Shown: positions 1-12,500, numbered from the stretch's first letter. The stretch is 64,000 bases of DNA from a virus (IMGVR_UViG_3300045988_102159:64001-128000); one strand, 5' to 3'. The notes: a model not told the origin generated them from the sequence alone. Translations and numbers: made by a program.

Positions 1-679
1 GGTTAGAACCTGTCCATTTCATTACCCTTTTAATGCGGCGAGGTACATCCTCAATAACGATATTGTTTAAATCTTCACCACCATAATGATTCACTAGCTC
101 TTTGATAATGTCATAGATTAATACCTTTTTAGTAACATATGCGCCACTTGCGTCCTGCGTATCCATTTCATCGAAGATAACAGCCGCGGGTAATGTACCA
201 GAAACATCACCAGATAAACCGCACATCTTATCTTTCAGTGTCAGCTGTAAAGATACCGCAGATGAAACAGAAGATGATGCACTTGCACTTGCAATAAAGA
301 AAACACCTTGAGGAAACCATAAGATAGGATAATTTAGAAATTGATTGCTATGGTTTTCAACGCCAATTTCAATAAAAATTTTCTTGTTGATTGCAAAATC
401 ATATGACATATTTTCAATATCATATTCACCGCTATCAATAGATGCGGTCAATGAGCAAGTGCGTCTGATAGACGAAGAACCGTCTTTAGAAAGACTGCCA
501 GACGCAATAACGCCTTGAATCTCCTTTAACGGTTCTTCGTTCCAATTGAGGAGGGTTAGCCGTACATACTGTTTTTGATTTACAAAATTATCAATAGTCT
601 TGAGAAAATTTCTACGCTTTAATGCACTATTGGCATCTTCATAAAAGCTGTCATTTAAATAAGGATATGTCCTTCTCAT
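1..679 (-). CDS. Tail/baseplate structural protein, N-terminal part only (gene continues beyond left edge)
   Basis: Frame is open from ATG 679-677 down to position 2. A GGAGGG RBS overlaps the stop of the 1013-aa gene. Absent from the ORF track only because no stop lies in the window. Function inferred from position at the distal end of the tail operon. Confidence 0.55.
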   Translation of the reverse strand, partial: MRRTYPYLNDSFYEDANSALKRRNFLKTIDNFVNQKQYVRLTLLNWNEEPLKEIQGVIASGSLSKDGSSSIRRTCSLTASIDSGEYDIENMSYDFAINKKIFIEIGVENHSNQFLNYPILWFPQGVFFIASASASSSVSSAVSLQLTLKDKMCGLSGDVSGTLPAAVIFDEMDTQDASGAYVTKKVLIYDIIKELVNHYGGEDLNNIVIEDVPRRIKRVMKWTGSN

Positions 680-687
680 TTTCCCTC

Positions 688-3600
688 CTATTGATAATTC
701 GTAGTCATTACAGTACCATAGTAGTTAATCATACCCTCTACTGGCATTGCGGCAATACCAATACGCTCTGTCGATGTATTTCCATCAATCGTATCAATTG
801 ATGCAAATGCAAAATCATACCACTGATAATTATAGTATAATTTCAACTCATTGTTAATATTATACACGGTATTTAAAACAGGTTTTTTAATTTCATCTAT
901 TGAATTATACATTTGAGTGCCAGCGTCCATGCCAATAGCATTCCATGTCTCATCAAAGGAATCTTGCGGCTCTTGCTCGTCTTGAATAACTGAAACTGGT
1001 TGTTTCGTATCAGTATTATCTATTACAGTAAACCAATTAAGAGCTGTGGCATTAGTTGCGCCGACAGACGAATCAAGTCTAAATTCATTCTCTTGGAGAT
1101 ACTTTTTCTTATTTGTAAGTTTCATTCGTATACCCAAGAAACATATATCATCTACTGGAACGTCTCTCAGCATATGCAAAACGCCTGTTCCGCCGACAAG
1201 ATAATTCTTATATTCATCTTCATTATGATACTTGATACTAGCAACCGCATAAGGAGTAACATCTAAACAGATGCCTTTCCAATATTTCATGCGTTTACTA
1301 GAAAGCATAACATCACCATTCATTTGAATAAAATTATATTTATTTCTAATCTTATTGCCAAGATAAGCGTTAGGTTTAAATACGCCACTCTCCTGACCTA
1401 CAAGTGTGCGGTCAATTGATGCACCAGATACAGCTTCTTTTGCGCTAGAACGTTCTTTATAGCAAAGCGTGTATTCAATGGTAACAACATCGCCGATTTG
1501 GAAATAAAGACCAGTAACGTCTAGCTTGTTTGGAATTTGGTAATAACCACGTTCATTTACAAAGATATTATGATTACCATCGCTACCACGAGTAATAACG
1601 CCAAAATAATATCCACGCTGAACCTGATTTTGATTCAGCATTTCCGCAAGGCCATTTGTGTTTTCAGTAATTTCTGTTAGACCATCTGAATTTGCTTGAA
1701 ATGTATAATAGCGAGGTTTAGAATGATAAAAAATCTTAACATTTTTAAGAACAATATCCTCTGCTTTATATCCGGCTAAAACGCCACTATACTTCTTTGA
1801 TAGGGCATCGTTAATTTCATTCCTAATATCATTGTTATTTGTCACTGTCATCTTATACATCTGTGCAGGTTTAATTACTTCAATATAATCTTTAGGGTCA
1901 TCTTCTGAATCATGATTGCCGCCATTGATTGAACCAATCATTTTGCGGTTATAGATACCAAGAGTATCAAGAGTATCTAGAGAAGAAGCATCCTCAATCT
2001 CATAAACGGTAGCAGAAAAATTCCATAGCCTGCGGCCAACTGTAGAATTAGGTGTCAATGTAACATCTGTAAGCATTACAACCATTGAACCCTCTGCCAT
2101 TGAACGATATAGCTTAGGCTCACCATCATTTAACCATGCAATTAGCTTTTCACGGAATTCACGCTCGTAGAGCCAATCGTTTGTAGTAGTTGTTAGATAC
2201 TCCTGTGACGTTACACTAGAAATAGGTCCACTGGGATACTGATTTCCTCCAGTCTTTTCATAATTCTTAAAATCATTACGAATTAAATCTTTAACACCAG
2301 TTTCATCTTTATATTCTGAATATAGGTCTTTAAGAGTATCATTATTATGATGAATAAGTTCTGTCTTATTTGCAAATTCAGAATAAACATCAGACTCAGC
2401 ACTAATCAAACCTGAAATACTAAACTGCTTATAATTCAATACAGCATTTTCCGCAAACTTAGGATATTTACCACCAAGAGTATCAATCTTAGCTCTGTTG
2501 ACTACTGGCTTAAAGCTACTAACCTGATAATTATATCTTACCGCATATTGCTCCATACCACGAGAAAAATAAGCGTCATAGAATTGCGGCAAAACCACTT
2601 TTGACATAGTTGGTTTGGCAATAGACATTCCAGTAGAAGTAAGAGCTTCTACGCGATAACGATACCATGTCAGACTTTCTACAGTATTATCTACAATTGA
2701 AAAATCAATTTGCTGTAGCTTTGCGCTATAGATTGTCTCCCATTCTTTAAAGTTATCTTTATTAGATGCGCGTCTTACATATACAGATACACCGTCACTA
2801 AAAGAATATTCATTTTTAACCGAAACCTTAATTGACGCAGTTTCATCGTTGACTTCTGCGGCAATTGTAGGCTGCCATTCATCAGCACCAGTATATTCTC
2901 CAATTTGGAATTTATATTCTTTGCTAAGCTGATACTGATTCTTTGTGCGGCAAGTGATGCGGCATACATAATATGTACTAGTAGGGTCTGATGTAGAACC
3001 ATCCGCGCTGTTCTTTAAAGATGAAAAATCAATATTATATACAATATTATTTGGATTAAGATTTTCACCAGTGTAAATAGTGGGAGTAGAGAATAATACA
3101 TTATTTGAATCATCTAGAATGTCAAATTGATATGCTTCAAGTGTTTCGGTTTCAGTATTTAAAATTACTTCTTCGCCACTTTCATTTTTAGTGACAAAAA
3201 TAAGACCGCCCGCAATTTGCGTTAAGCCTTTATTAAAAGTCATATATGAATTGCCTGTATAGTTTTCAAATACAGACAGATAAATTTTAGGTTGGTGAAT
3301 AGGTCTAATTAGACAAACAGAAGACCATTCTGAAAAATATTGCGTATGTGATAAAAGATAACTATTCTTCTTTGCTTCATCATTAATAGGCACTTCATCA
3401 GTTCCATTATAGCTGTCAAATCGAATCTGAACTTTATAGAACTGATTCGTATTGAAAGCATTGCCCTCGATATAAGCGGTAGGTATCGTTACATAATACA
3501 TACCGCTTACTTTATCGAATTGTAAATCTTCAATTAGAATGCCCGAAAGTTTATTCAAGGCATTCTCATTATTAAGCTGATTTACGCAACTGACATGTAC

Positions 3601-3729
3601 GTGCTTAATCTCAGATGCAGAATTAAAAGAAGAAAGAGTAAAATACACAACAGCATCTTCTGTGTTTACAAAAGCATTTTGAAATGTTGAAACCACAGGT
3701 GGATACAGTGTACTAACGACTGTTGCCAT
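688..3729 (-). CDS. Large distal tail / fibre-like structural protein (1013 aa)
   Basis: Long ORF with AAGGAAG RBS, co-oriented downstream of the tape measure and the 1713-aa tail protein. Function by position only. Confidence 0.6.
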   Translation of the reverse strand: MATVVSTLYPPVVSTFQNAFVNTEDAVVYFTLSSFNSASEIKHVHVSCVNQLNNENALNKLSGILIEDLQFDKVSGMYYVTIPTAYIEGNAFNTNQFYKVQIRFDSYNGTDEVPINDEAKKNSYLLSHTQYFSEWSSVCLIRPIHQPKIYLSVFENYTGNSYMTFNKGLTQIAGGLIFVTKNESGEEVILNTETETLEAYQFDILDDSNNVLFSTPTIYTGENLNPNNIVYNIDFSSLKNSADGSTSDPTSTYYVCRITCRTKNQYQLSKEYKFQIGEYTGADEWQPTIAAEVNDETASIKVSVKNEYSFSDGVSVYVRRASNKDNFKEWETIYSAKLQQIDFSIVDNTVESLTWYRYRVEALTSTGMSIAKPTMSKVVLPQFYDAYFSRGMEQYAVRYNYQVSSFKPVVNRAKIDTLGGKYPKFAENAVLNYKQFSISGLISAESDVYSEFANKTELIHHNNDTLKDLYSEYKDETGVKDLIRNDFKNYEKTGGNQYPSGPISSVTSQEYLTTTTNDWLYEREFREKLIAWLNDGEPKLYRSMAEGSMVVMLTDVTLTPNSTVGRRLWNFSATVYEIEDASSLDTLDTLGIYNRKMIGSINGGNHDSEDDPKDYIEVIKPAQMYKMTVTNNNDIRNEINDALSKKYSGVLAGYKAEDIVLKNVKIFYHSKPRYYTFQANSDGLTEITENTNGLAEMLNQNQVQRGYYFGVITRGSDGNHNIFVNERGYYQIPNKLDVTGLYFQIGDVVTIEYTLCYKERSSAKEAVSGASIDRTLVGQESGVFKPNAYLGNKIRNKYNFIQMNGDVMLSSKRMKYWKGICLDVTPYAVASIKYHNEDEYKNYLVGGTGVLHMLRDVPVDDICFLGIRMKLTNKKKYLQENEFRLDSSVGATNATALNWFTVIDNTDTKQPVSVIQDEQEPQDSFDETWNAIGMDAGTQMYNSIDEIKKPVLNTVYNINNELKLYYNYQWYDFAFASIDTIDGNTSTERIGIAAMPVEGMINYYGTVMTTNYQ

Positions 3730-3745
3730 ATTTCACTCTTCCTTT

Positions 3746-4003
3746 CTATTGGTTAGAAGAACTTGTGTCAATCCAAATGCCAACATGAGTATTAGTAGGC
3801 TGTGTTTTGCCAGTATATACAAATGTTGTATTTTTCATGTAGTCCATGTAATTGTCAAAGAATTGGGCAAGAGAATAATTACCCTTATCTTTACGTGTGT
3901 CCACTACGTTGTCAAAGCCAACTCCAAATTCAGAGTAAGGCAAAGTAAGTGAACCATCTTTGGCCTTTTGACCAACCTTTTTAACAAAGGATTTTACTGC
4001 CAT
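3746..4003 (-). CDS. Small tail-module protein (85 aa), function unknown
   Basis: ORF track. Tightly packed between two giant tail genes, same strand. Confidence 0.55.
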   Translation of the reverse strand: MAVKSFVKKVGQKAKDGSLTLPYSEFGVGFDNVVDTRKDKGNYSLAQFFDNYMDYMKNTTFVYTGKTQPTNTHVGIWIDTSSSNQ

Positions 4004-4260
4004 TATTTAACTTCCTTCTCTTTAGGAGTGGCTTTTTGCTCCACTTGATTGACTTCTTGCTCCTGCTGTTGAGCTTTAGCCGCAACATCCATATCAATAG
4101 CTCTCAGCATTTCTCCTTGAACTTTTGGATAAAGACTGACAAGAATAGAATTAAGAGCATCTACCATAGCAGTAGCGCTAATTTCGTTTCTTAGCATAAA
4201 ATCGTCAATCATATCTTTTGCGAGAGCATGAACCCTCATACGTACTTCTAATTCGTTCAT
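4003..4260 (-). CDS. Small tail-module protein (85 aa), function unknown
   Basis: ORF track. AGGAGA-type RBS region. Its stop overlaps the start of the next gene. Confidence 0.55.
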   Translation of the reverse strand: MNELEVRMRVHALAKDMIDDFMLRNEISATAMVDALNSILVSLYPKVQGEMLRAIDMDVAAKAQQQEQEVNQVEQKATPKEKEVK

Positions 4261-4282
4261 ATCCTTTTATCTCCTTTTTAAT

Positions 4283-7200
4283 CTATTGAGCAGTAGATGT
4301 TATAACTCTATGACTACCAGCAGTAGATGTATTAATAATATCAACAACTGTTGTGTCTGCGTCTCCGCCCTTATGCCCAACAACTTTAATAGTACCATAG
4401 GCAAAAGTATGAGTGTGGTTCTTATCAATTTTGCTATTAGCAGTAGCTTGCGCAGCATTAGCCGCAGCATGTGCCGCATTTGCTTTTGCTCTAGCATCAT
4501 TTACATCAGACTTGCGGGCATTTACTTCATTGTTAATCTGTGTTTGCAGATTATTTAACAAATCATAAATACAACCTAGGTGGTCTGAAACCTTAGTTGA
4601 AGTTCTATTAGCACCCATACAATTATGTGAATAAGCATTGTTATAACAATATTCATTACTATAATTCCAACCACTGATACTACGTATATCTCGTTCAGCA
4701 GTAAGTGATGTAGTTGATTGTGAATCAGGCGTACCTGTGAATACACCCCAGTTTGAAACAACACCATGACCAATGCTAACATAAGTTCGTTTACCGACAT
4801 GCGGTACTTCATCATAATTAGACTGAATGGTACCAGTACCAGACCTAATATAGAAAGCACCATTGCCACCAGACTGTGGAATAAGACTAATGCTTACACC
4901 ACCTTGCGCTTCGTTGTCTTTAATAGCGGTAGCAACTAATTTAATGCCATCAGGTGAAGTATCACTTACGATATTTACACCATTATTTTCAGCATTGAAT
5001 TTAAGACCTTCGCCAACAAGTGTAGTATTCTGTCCTTTATTGTTATTCAATGTCAAAACAGCTTTGGCATTGTTTGCGCCAATAGTAAAAGTACCATCTT
5101 CATTATTTGCAACAGAAGAGAAAGCCTTTGAATACATTAAATAGTCTTCGCCAGCTTTAATTTGGAAATCTTTATCTGCAATATTCGTAATCGAATTTGT
5201 TGCATTGAGTCTTAGATTGCCACCAATTGCATAAGTATAATTTCCATCTTCATCTGTCTTATCATCTTTTGGAGTACCAATAGCAGAAAGAGTAAAATCA
5301 CCAGTAGACATGGTAGTTTTTCTGTCTTTTGGATTCATAAACTCAAAATTATTATTAAGATATAAAACAGATGTCTTAGTCTTTTCATCTGTTATATCAT
5401 CTGCCGCAGATAAAGCAGATAATCTTAAATAAGAATTTTCGTGACCAATAATAGCCTGCTCTGAATCTATATGAATCCTATGCGTTGAACTATCCGCAGA
5501 CTCTTTGCCCAAATCTGGCGCATAAAGGTTAACGTATTTACCATAGACGTTGAAACCTCTTGGATATTCATTATTGGTACCTGTACCAGTAGAAAGATAA
5601 AGGTCTGTACTAGCTTTTTCAGAATTCTTAACTGTACCATCAACAAAGAATTTAAATAGATTAGTATTAGACCAACCAAACTGCGCACCAATATATTTGT
5701 TATCAGCAGCGCTTTTTCCAAAGGCACCAATCTTACCAATGCCCATTGAAGAATCTTGGTCTTGAATGGCATTAGTATAAAATTGCCCGAAAGCGTTAAT
5801 ACCTACAAGAGGATATCTATCCCATTCACCTTTTTCATTTTTATAGTGCCTAAAAATAGAAAATGTAGACGCCTTTGCTGGGTCAATTTCAACTTCAAGG
5901 CTATCTCCTTCTTTAAGAGCGCAATTTGCACCTGTAAAATCAATACCACTAGACTTCCCAAAAAGTGGCTTGCCTTTTACAGAAATATATGCTGGATTAG
6001 CACCAAGAATCAGACCTTGCTGATTATGTGGAACAGCAAATTGAGAACCAACAACTTTTCTCTTATCGGTATATCCTCCAACAAGAACAGATGGGCCATC
6101 AAAAACTTGGTTGCCATTTTCATCTACTTCGTTCTGTTCTGTTCTTGCAATATTATATAATGCGCGAGAACCGATTCTCCATGCGCCAATATAACTTTCG
6201 CCACCTGGAACTAGTTTAATGCGGCCTTCCTCAAAATGATTATTCTGCGATGCCTGCTGCTCTGGCAAACCAAAAGTAGCTGAACCATCTTTAGCATCTA
6301 AGAAAATAGACTGCTTACCTTCTGAGAACCCCATTAAACCAATTTGAGATTCATCTGAATCATAAGTCTTTGAAGTTCCCATTACAACGCCAGTGAATTG
6401 ATTGTTCTTATTCTTTTCACCAGCGCCAATTTGCGGCGCAAGGATGTAATTTTCATCTTCATTGATTTCTAGGTGCGTTCCATCCCAGTCATTCAAAGAT
6501 TTAAGACCATAAGTATTCAGTGACATATAGATAGGAATATATAGCTCAACAACAGGATTAGCCGCATCTGCTGACGTATAAACTTTACAATGAACTAAAT
6601 TATTTCCATACTCACCATCATACACGTCATTTGGAAGAATATAGATTTGACTTAATCCTTTTGTGCGAACTGTCTTTTGCACACCATCTGACGTATTCTT
6701 TTCTGTAATAATCTTAAAGCAAGCACTTAATGGATTCTCGTCATATATTTGACTAGTTTTTGAAGGCTCGCCGCCCTCAGCTATCCATTCAATAAATAAA
6801 TCTTCAATGTCAGAGCCAATAAGCGTAACACCTTGATTCTTGTTATATAGCGGATTACGTCCATCTGCGTTATAAGTAATAGACTTTAAAAGAGAAGTTT
6901 TGTCAATTTGAATATCAGTATCTGCGTATTTCTTAATTACTGGAATGCCATAAAAAGCATAATACTTATATGAAGAATCTCCAACGGTATAAGTCGTTTG
7001 AGCCTTAACGATTTGGTTCATAAACTTCCGCTTATCCGCATCGGTCGCATTCCAAGAGACAACGCCATCATTACAACTCATATATTTGCTTTGACCGTAG
7101 CCCATAGACCAATAGACAGCAGAATCGTCATTGATTTTCTCATTGCGCTGATAGAGCTGAAATTGCAAAACTTGTTGCGAGATTGCTTGCCCTGTATTCC

Positions 7201-9424
7201 ACGCAACTTTATTATTCTTATCAATAATAAGCGCAAGCATTTTATTCTTTAGACTCTTGGAAGTAGGAGAAATCTTAGCAACAATATCTGTGCCATTTGT
7301 GCCATTCTCGCCTACCTTAGTAAATAGAAAATCAGTCATTTGACTATATGTAACACCTTGGTATGTTACGATAGCTTCAATCTGATTTGATACAGCGGAA
7401 TAGTCAAAGTTTGCGGCAATCGCCATAGGGTAAATTTGTGAAGTACAATATTCAATTTTCTGATTAGATTGATTAAGTACCATTCCTTCTTTTGGAATAG
7501 TAATCATTGAATCTGTTAATGGTACTCGCCATTTAATATCATATGTATCTTTGTTAACTTCAAGCCCAGCCGGGTCGAAGAAATGGCAAGTAAGTGGTTT
7601 AACCTCTAATGGGTCTTCATATCTATCATCATCAGGTGATACACCAGATTCACTATACTGGAATACTTGGTCGCCATTTTCAATAGTGATATAATAATCA
7701 GTAGGGTTTGCGGCAGTTGCATTCTTTAAAGTAAGTGTCGCAACACCGATATTATATTCAACATCTTCTACAGATTCATCTTTTGAAGGCTCCCTATCGC
7801 GCAAATAGACCGCGCATTTGAAAGCAGCCTTAGAGTCAATGCCTTTAACTGGATAAGTAAGCGTATTTTTATCCCATGACGCACCTTCAAGCGCATTCAT
7901 TTGATTCTTTAAAGCAGACAGGCTATTATATCCGATACCCTGCTTCATACCATCTTCGTAGCGCTTCTTTAACTCTTCAACTGTCTCGTTGAAAGATAAT
8001 GTTTGACCATAATCGTCAACTTTAGACCAAACAAATCTAAAGAAATTATCTGGATGCCCATTTGCTTTACCTGCTTCAAAGCTAGAAGATTTGCCGTCCA
8101 AGAGACAGGTTAAAGTTGGTTTACCACGGTCAAAACTAAAACTAACTCCAAGAGAAGAAGTAATTTCAATATCACGTTTTGCTGCTTCATTATATAAAAT
8201 AAAATAATCTTTTAAAACCATTTGCTCTTTATAGACGCAAACGCACATATATTTATTTTCATAAGCACGATTTTCCGCACCAGTAGTAACAAAGCCATAC
8301 TTATTGCCTTTGGCTTCAAGATAAGACCAGCCAGCTCCACCGTACATCTTATAATCTTTTGAGCTTGCGGTTACTCGTCCATCTTCTTTGAACCAGTAAA
8401 ACATAGCATCGCCTGATAAGTCTTCGTTTTTATGACGAAGAGTGCTGACAACGCTTAAAGAAGAGTTTTCAGTTAAGTCTCTAAGAGTTGAACCTTTCGG
8501 CATAGACAAGTGCATCTGATAATCACCATTTGCCGCACTAATCTTTTTCAGACCATAGAATTCAATATCTTTAATAAAAATATCATCGCCCCAGCCAATC
8601 GGCCTATCTTGTGATTGAATTGGGTCTGTTGTTTCTACGAAGTCTTTACAATAGAAGATAATCTGGTCAATATATAAGAAATTTTCAACATCTATTGGAA
8701 AAATCTGATATTGGTCAAAATAGTTTTGATATTTAAGTGGCGAACCTGTCATGCTATTGCTGTCGATAGTATACGACAGTTTTTTAACTAGCGCCTGACC
8801 GTTATCATCTGTAGCGTCTCCGTCTTTAAAAGCTAAGATAAAAGTAATACCATATTCGCCAGTCTTTGTAAGTTTATGCTCTCGCGGCAGAGATGTGCGG
8901 AAAGACGCTTCAATCAGCACCGCTTCTGCCTGTTTAATATTATTCTCTAGCTCTTGGGTATCAATAGATAAGAACTTAGGCTGAGAGCCACTTACATCTT
9001 CATCTTTCTTATATAGAACTTTGTAATCTTCCTTCTTATAAGAACGAAGTCCCGCAGGCATGACTTGATTTTTATCACTAAGGCAATTGCGGCCAATGAG
9101 ATTGTAGTTACTAATGGCCGAAGATACGAAACTGATATTATTATCATCTTCTGCCGCCTGTGCAACACCTACGATATTCTTTTTCTTGGTGAAATCACCT
9201 TCTGGAATAAGGACATACACTGATTGACCTTGAGTATATGTGTTTCCTTCTTGGGCATATGCTTTTAATTTGCCACCATTATAGGAAACGAGATATTCAC
9301 CTGTAAGTGAATTAGTACAGCCAGCGACAGTGGCGGTAACTGTTTTATCCGTAGCTATCTGTTCTATTCTATTGGATACAATTGTATCCACAGCTTCAAG
9401 AACAACGTCCTGTAGATTCGCCAT
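4283..9424 (-). CDS. Giant tail protein (1713 aa), candidate tail-tip / host-recognition protein
   Basis: 5.1-kb ORF with AAGGAG RBS, directly downstream of the tape measure and its terminator. Ala/Asn-rich coiled segment near the C-terminus. Function by position. Confidence 0.6.
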   Translation of the reverse strand: MANLQDVVLEAVDTIVSNRIEQIATDKTVTATVAGCTNSLTGEYLVSYNGGKLKAYAQEGNTYTQGQSVYVLIPEGDFTKKKNIVGVAQAAEDDNNISFVSSAISNYNLIGRNCLSDKNQVMPAGLRSYKKEDYKVLYKKDEDVSGSQPKFLSIDTQELENNIKQAEAVLIEASFRTSLPREHKLTKTGEYGITFILAFKDGDATDDNGQALVKKLSYTIDSNSMTGSPLKYQNYFDQYQIFPIDVENFLYIDQIIFYCKDFVETTDPIQSQDRPIGWGDDIFIKDIEFYGLKKISAANGDYQMHLSMPKGSTLRDLTENSSLSVVSTLRHKNEDLSGDAMFYWFKEDGRVTASSKDYKMYGGAGWSYLEAKGNKYGFVTTGAENRAYENKYMCVCVYKEQMVLKDYFILYNEAAKRDIEITSSLGVSFSFDRGKPTLTCLLDGKSSSFEAGKANGHPDNFFRFVWSKVDDYGQTLSFNETVEELKKRYEDGMKQGIGYNSLSALKNQMNALEGASWDKNTLTYPVKGIDSKAAFKCAVYLRDREPSKDESVEDVEYNIGVATLTLKNATAANPTDYYITIENGDQVFQYSESGVSPDDDRYEDPLEVKPLTCHFFDPAGLEVNKDTYDIKWRVPLTDSMITIPKEGMVLNQSNQKIEYCTSQIYPMAIAANFDYSAVSNQIEAIVTYQGVTYSQMTDFLFTKVGENGTNGTDIVAKISPTSKSLKNKMLALIIDKNNKVAWNTGQAISQQVLQFQLYQRNEKINDDSAVYWSMGYGQSKYMSCNDGVVSWNATDADKRKFMNQIVKAQTTYTVGDSSYKYYAFYGIPVIKKYADTDIQIDKTSLLKSITYNADGRNPLYNKNQGVTLIGSDIEDLFIEWIAEGGEPSKTSQIYDENPLSACFKIITEKNTSDGVQKTVRTKGLSQIYILPNDVYDGEYGNNLVHCKVYTSADAANPVVELYIPIYMSLNTYGLKSLNDWDGTHLEINEDENYILAPQIGAGEKNKNNQFTGVVMGTSKTYDSDESQIGLMGFSEGKQSIFLDAKDGSATFGLPEQQASQNNHFEEGRIKLVPGGESYIGAWRIGSRALYNIARTEQNEVDENGNQVFDGPSVLVGGYTDKRKVVGSQFAVPHNQQGLILGANPAYISVKGKPLFGKSSGIDFTGANCALKEGDSLEVEIDPAKASTFSIFRHYKNEKGEWDRYPLVGINAFGQFYTNAIQDQDSSMGIGKIGAFGKSAADNKYIGAQFGWSNTNLFKFFVDGTVKNSEKASTDLYLSTGTGTNNEYPRGFNVYGKYVNLYAPDLGKESADSSTHRIHIDSEQAIIGHENSYLRLSALSAADDITDEKTKTSVLYLNNNFEFMNPKDRKTTMSTGDFTLSAIGTPKDDKTDEDGNYTYAIGGNLRLNATNSITNIADKDFQIKAGEDYLMYSKAFSSVANNEDGTFTIGANNAKAVLTLNNNKGQNTTLVGEGLKFNAENNGVNIVSDTSPDGIKLVATAIKDNEAQGGVSISLIPQSGGNGAFYIRSGTGTIQSNYDEVPHVGKRTYVSIGHGVVSNWGVFTGTPDSQSTTSLTAERDIRSISGWNYSNEYCYNNAYSHNCMGANRTSTKVSDHLGCIYDLLNNLQTQINNEVNARKSDVNDARAKANAAHAAANAAQATANSKIDKNHTHTFAYGTIKVVGHKGGDADTTVVDIINTSTAGSHRVITSTAQ

Positions 9425-9445
9425 TGTCAGCTCCTTTTCAATCCA

Positions 9446-9480
9446 AATAAAAAACGGGAGAACATAAAGTTCTCCCGTTT
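9446..9480 (-). terminator. Intrinsic terminator between tape measure and 1713-aa gene
   Basis: Stem AAACGGGAGAAC/GTTCTCCCGTTT with a 5-nt loop, followed by a T-run on the minus strand. Confidence 0.7.
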
Positions 9481-9543
9481 ATAAAATTATGCTCTAAGAC
9501 ATATCAAAACCACAAATATTCGATTATAAAATTTTGCCCATGT

Positions 9544-12500
9544 TTATCTAAACTTATAGGCGTATTGAATTGCTCTATCGTTCAGAGACATAAGCGCAGA
9601 TTCGATTTCTGCTGCATTGTTCGCAGCTGGGAATTCAGCTGTGATATGTACGTTTTGGTCAATTGTCTCAGATGCGTTATTTGCTTTCGCGCCATTTACC
9701 GCTCCAAGAGCAGTAGAAAGTGATTGCGCAAGACTTGTAGATTTAAGTTTGTCCGCAAAAGACCTTACGGATTCAACTGCTGCAAGAATATTTTGCGTAT
9801 CTGTAGCATTAAGGACAAGTTCTTTTTGATGTAGGAATGCAAGTTTACCATTCTTAGCATCCGCTGTCTTGTCAGACCAAGAACCTGTGTAGCCGCCTGT
9901 ATCATATCCGATTAGATTCTTTGAGCTATATTTCATAGAACCGTAATCAACAAGTTTACCAGACCTAGAATATTGGTCGATAATATCCTGAACGTGGCGG
10001 GCAAAAGCGGTACCGTATGCGCCAGTCAGCTTGCTGGAACGTACAGGGTCATTGCCCCAGCCAGAAGCCCAGCCATAAGTCCAAATCGCCTTAGCAATGC
10101 CCCAAGCAGTATCTTCATTGGCGCCAGCTCCACCGCCGCCACCGCCAGATGAAGGACCGTTAGCGTTACCATAGTGTTCATAATTATAGTTCTTTTGCTC
10201 AGCCTGCTTTAGAGCTTCACTTAGATTAGCATTTTCTTGCTCTTTCTTGGCCAGCTTATTAGCAGTTTCATCAGCGAGTTGCTTGAATGCCTGCATATTG
10301 TTGTTAGCATCTGTAATACGATTGGCGTAATCAGTCATCGTAGATTCGGTCTTTTTGACTTCACCAGATACATCTTTAAGAATGTTAATAAATTCTTTTG
10401 TGCTGTCCGCAAGTTCTTTTGTCTTATCCGTTGTGCCGCTGATACTATTGGAAATATCATCAAAGTTAGTCTTGGCTATGTCTGCGATAGTCTTTGTACC
10501 ATCCGCATAATCTTTACCAGCTTGCGTCAAATCACCAAGCATCTTATCAGTGTCGGCTTTGAACTGGTCCATATTCTGTAACCAAGAGGTCAAAGAAGTA
10601 GACCAACGTGTATCAATCTGGTCAAAAGCATCGGTACTACCATTAACAATCTGGTCGTATACGTCTTGTAGATTATCTTTGTTCTCGCCAGTAAGCATAT
10701 CGCACATGCCGATGAAATCATTGATAATGTTCTTCTGGGATGTGCTTAGCTGTTCACTGGTTCCAGCGAGATATTCTTTGAGTGAGTCAATGATGGCCTG
10801 CGTTCTCTTAGTCTTCTCTTCAAGAGACAGATTAGCATTGTTCCAAATGTCATTGACTGTAGACTGGGCATCCTGTAGAGCAGACAGTGAATCCGCCTGA
10901 GTTTGCTTCATCTGGTCTTTAGACATATTGTATGCGTTGTTCTGTGCATCTAGAAGGTCAGACTGCGCGGAACGGACATTATCATCATTCGCTGTATAGA
11001 CATATGAATAGTTACCCTGAGTATCCCTGCGAAGTTTCATTTGAGACTTATTGCGCTGGGCTTCTTCAAGTGCAATTTGCTTCTGTAAGATTTCAAGCTG
11101 TGCATTTGCATAGTTTACATCATATTCAGATAGCTTAGTCTTATCACGCAGATATTCAAGCTGTTCTTTCATCTGTGCTGAAATCTTTTGCTGGATAGCC
11201 AAATCATTTGAACCATCCAAGAGGTCAAGATACTTGCTCTGTAGCTTTTGGATGTTATAGGATTTATTAACGTCATCGAGATAGTAATCAGCGTTGCGAT
11301 TGATTAGCTCCCACTGTGTATTCATCCAATCGAGGTCAGTGCCGACAGCTTTGGTTCCCCATGCTTTAGTAATCTTTGAAACTGTATTTGAATACTGCTT
11401 TTGTAGATTCTCTAAGGAGTTTTGAATAAGGTCATTAATGTCAGAAGTAGCATCTTTAATCTTGTCAGATACTTCATTCCACTCTTCCGAACCTTCTTTC
11501 ATGGAGCCAAGCATATCTTTCCAAATATCACGTTGCTGCATTAACTCATTCAACTGTGCTTTGTAATTATTCTGCTGCGCGCCAAGGATGGTATTTAAAT
11601 CATCGTAAGACTCTTCGCCATGTAGAAGTTCTGTAATATCTAACCAATGTTCAAGTTCATCTGTGATAGCTTCATACTGGTCTTTACGTCTATCCATCTT
11701 ATCGCTAATATCATCAATCATATCCATAACATTGTCATGGAGACTTTCAATTAATGACCAATAGTCCTGAGCAAGTCCTGCGGCCTGTTCATATACTGTC
11801 TTAGCCACGTCATAGAGGTCTGCGGAATTCTCACCGAAAATATCAGATTTACCAGTCTCTTCAAACTGCTTCATCTGAGCGTTAATATCAGTTAGATTCT
11901 TCATAGACATATCGAAATAACCAGTGCCGTAGTAGTCTACACTCTTGTCACCATTGAGCGCACGCTGTTTGGCAGCTTTAAGTTCCTCTACGCGGCCTGC
12001 TGACCATTTCTTGTATGCGTCAGATGCGCCTTTAGCATTTGCAGCATCCTCTTGCTTCTTGATAAGATTATCGTAGTATTCGTCAACGCTCATTGTTGCA
12101 ACATCAAAATATTTGCCGAGTTTGGCAACATTATCTGCTGCTTCTTGATAAGGCGTTAGCTGAATACCGCGATTGAACGCACGGTCGAAATCAACTAGAC
12201 TTTCTTGAATATCTTTAAGATTATCAAGCGATTCAATTTGAGTCTTTAATACGTTGATACGCAGGTCTTCAATTTCATCATTGAGGTCTTCAATTTGCTG
12301 GATTGTATCTCTTAAATCACTTGAAATCAAAGTGTCATAACGCTGATATAAAGTCTTAAATTTATCAAGGTTATCATTAGCCGCGTCAATTTGGTCATTA
12401 ATAGCATCTTGAGCTTCTTCTGTACCAGCCGCATTATATTGGTTAATAAGATTATTAACATTATCAATTAATCCTTGATGAATCTTTGCATAGTTAGAAA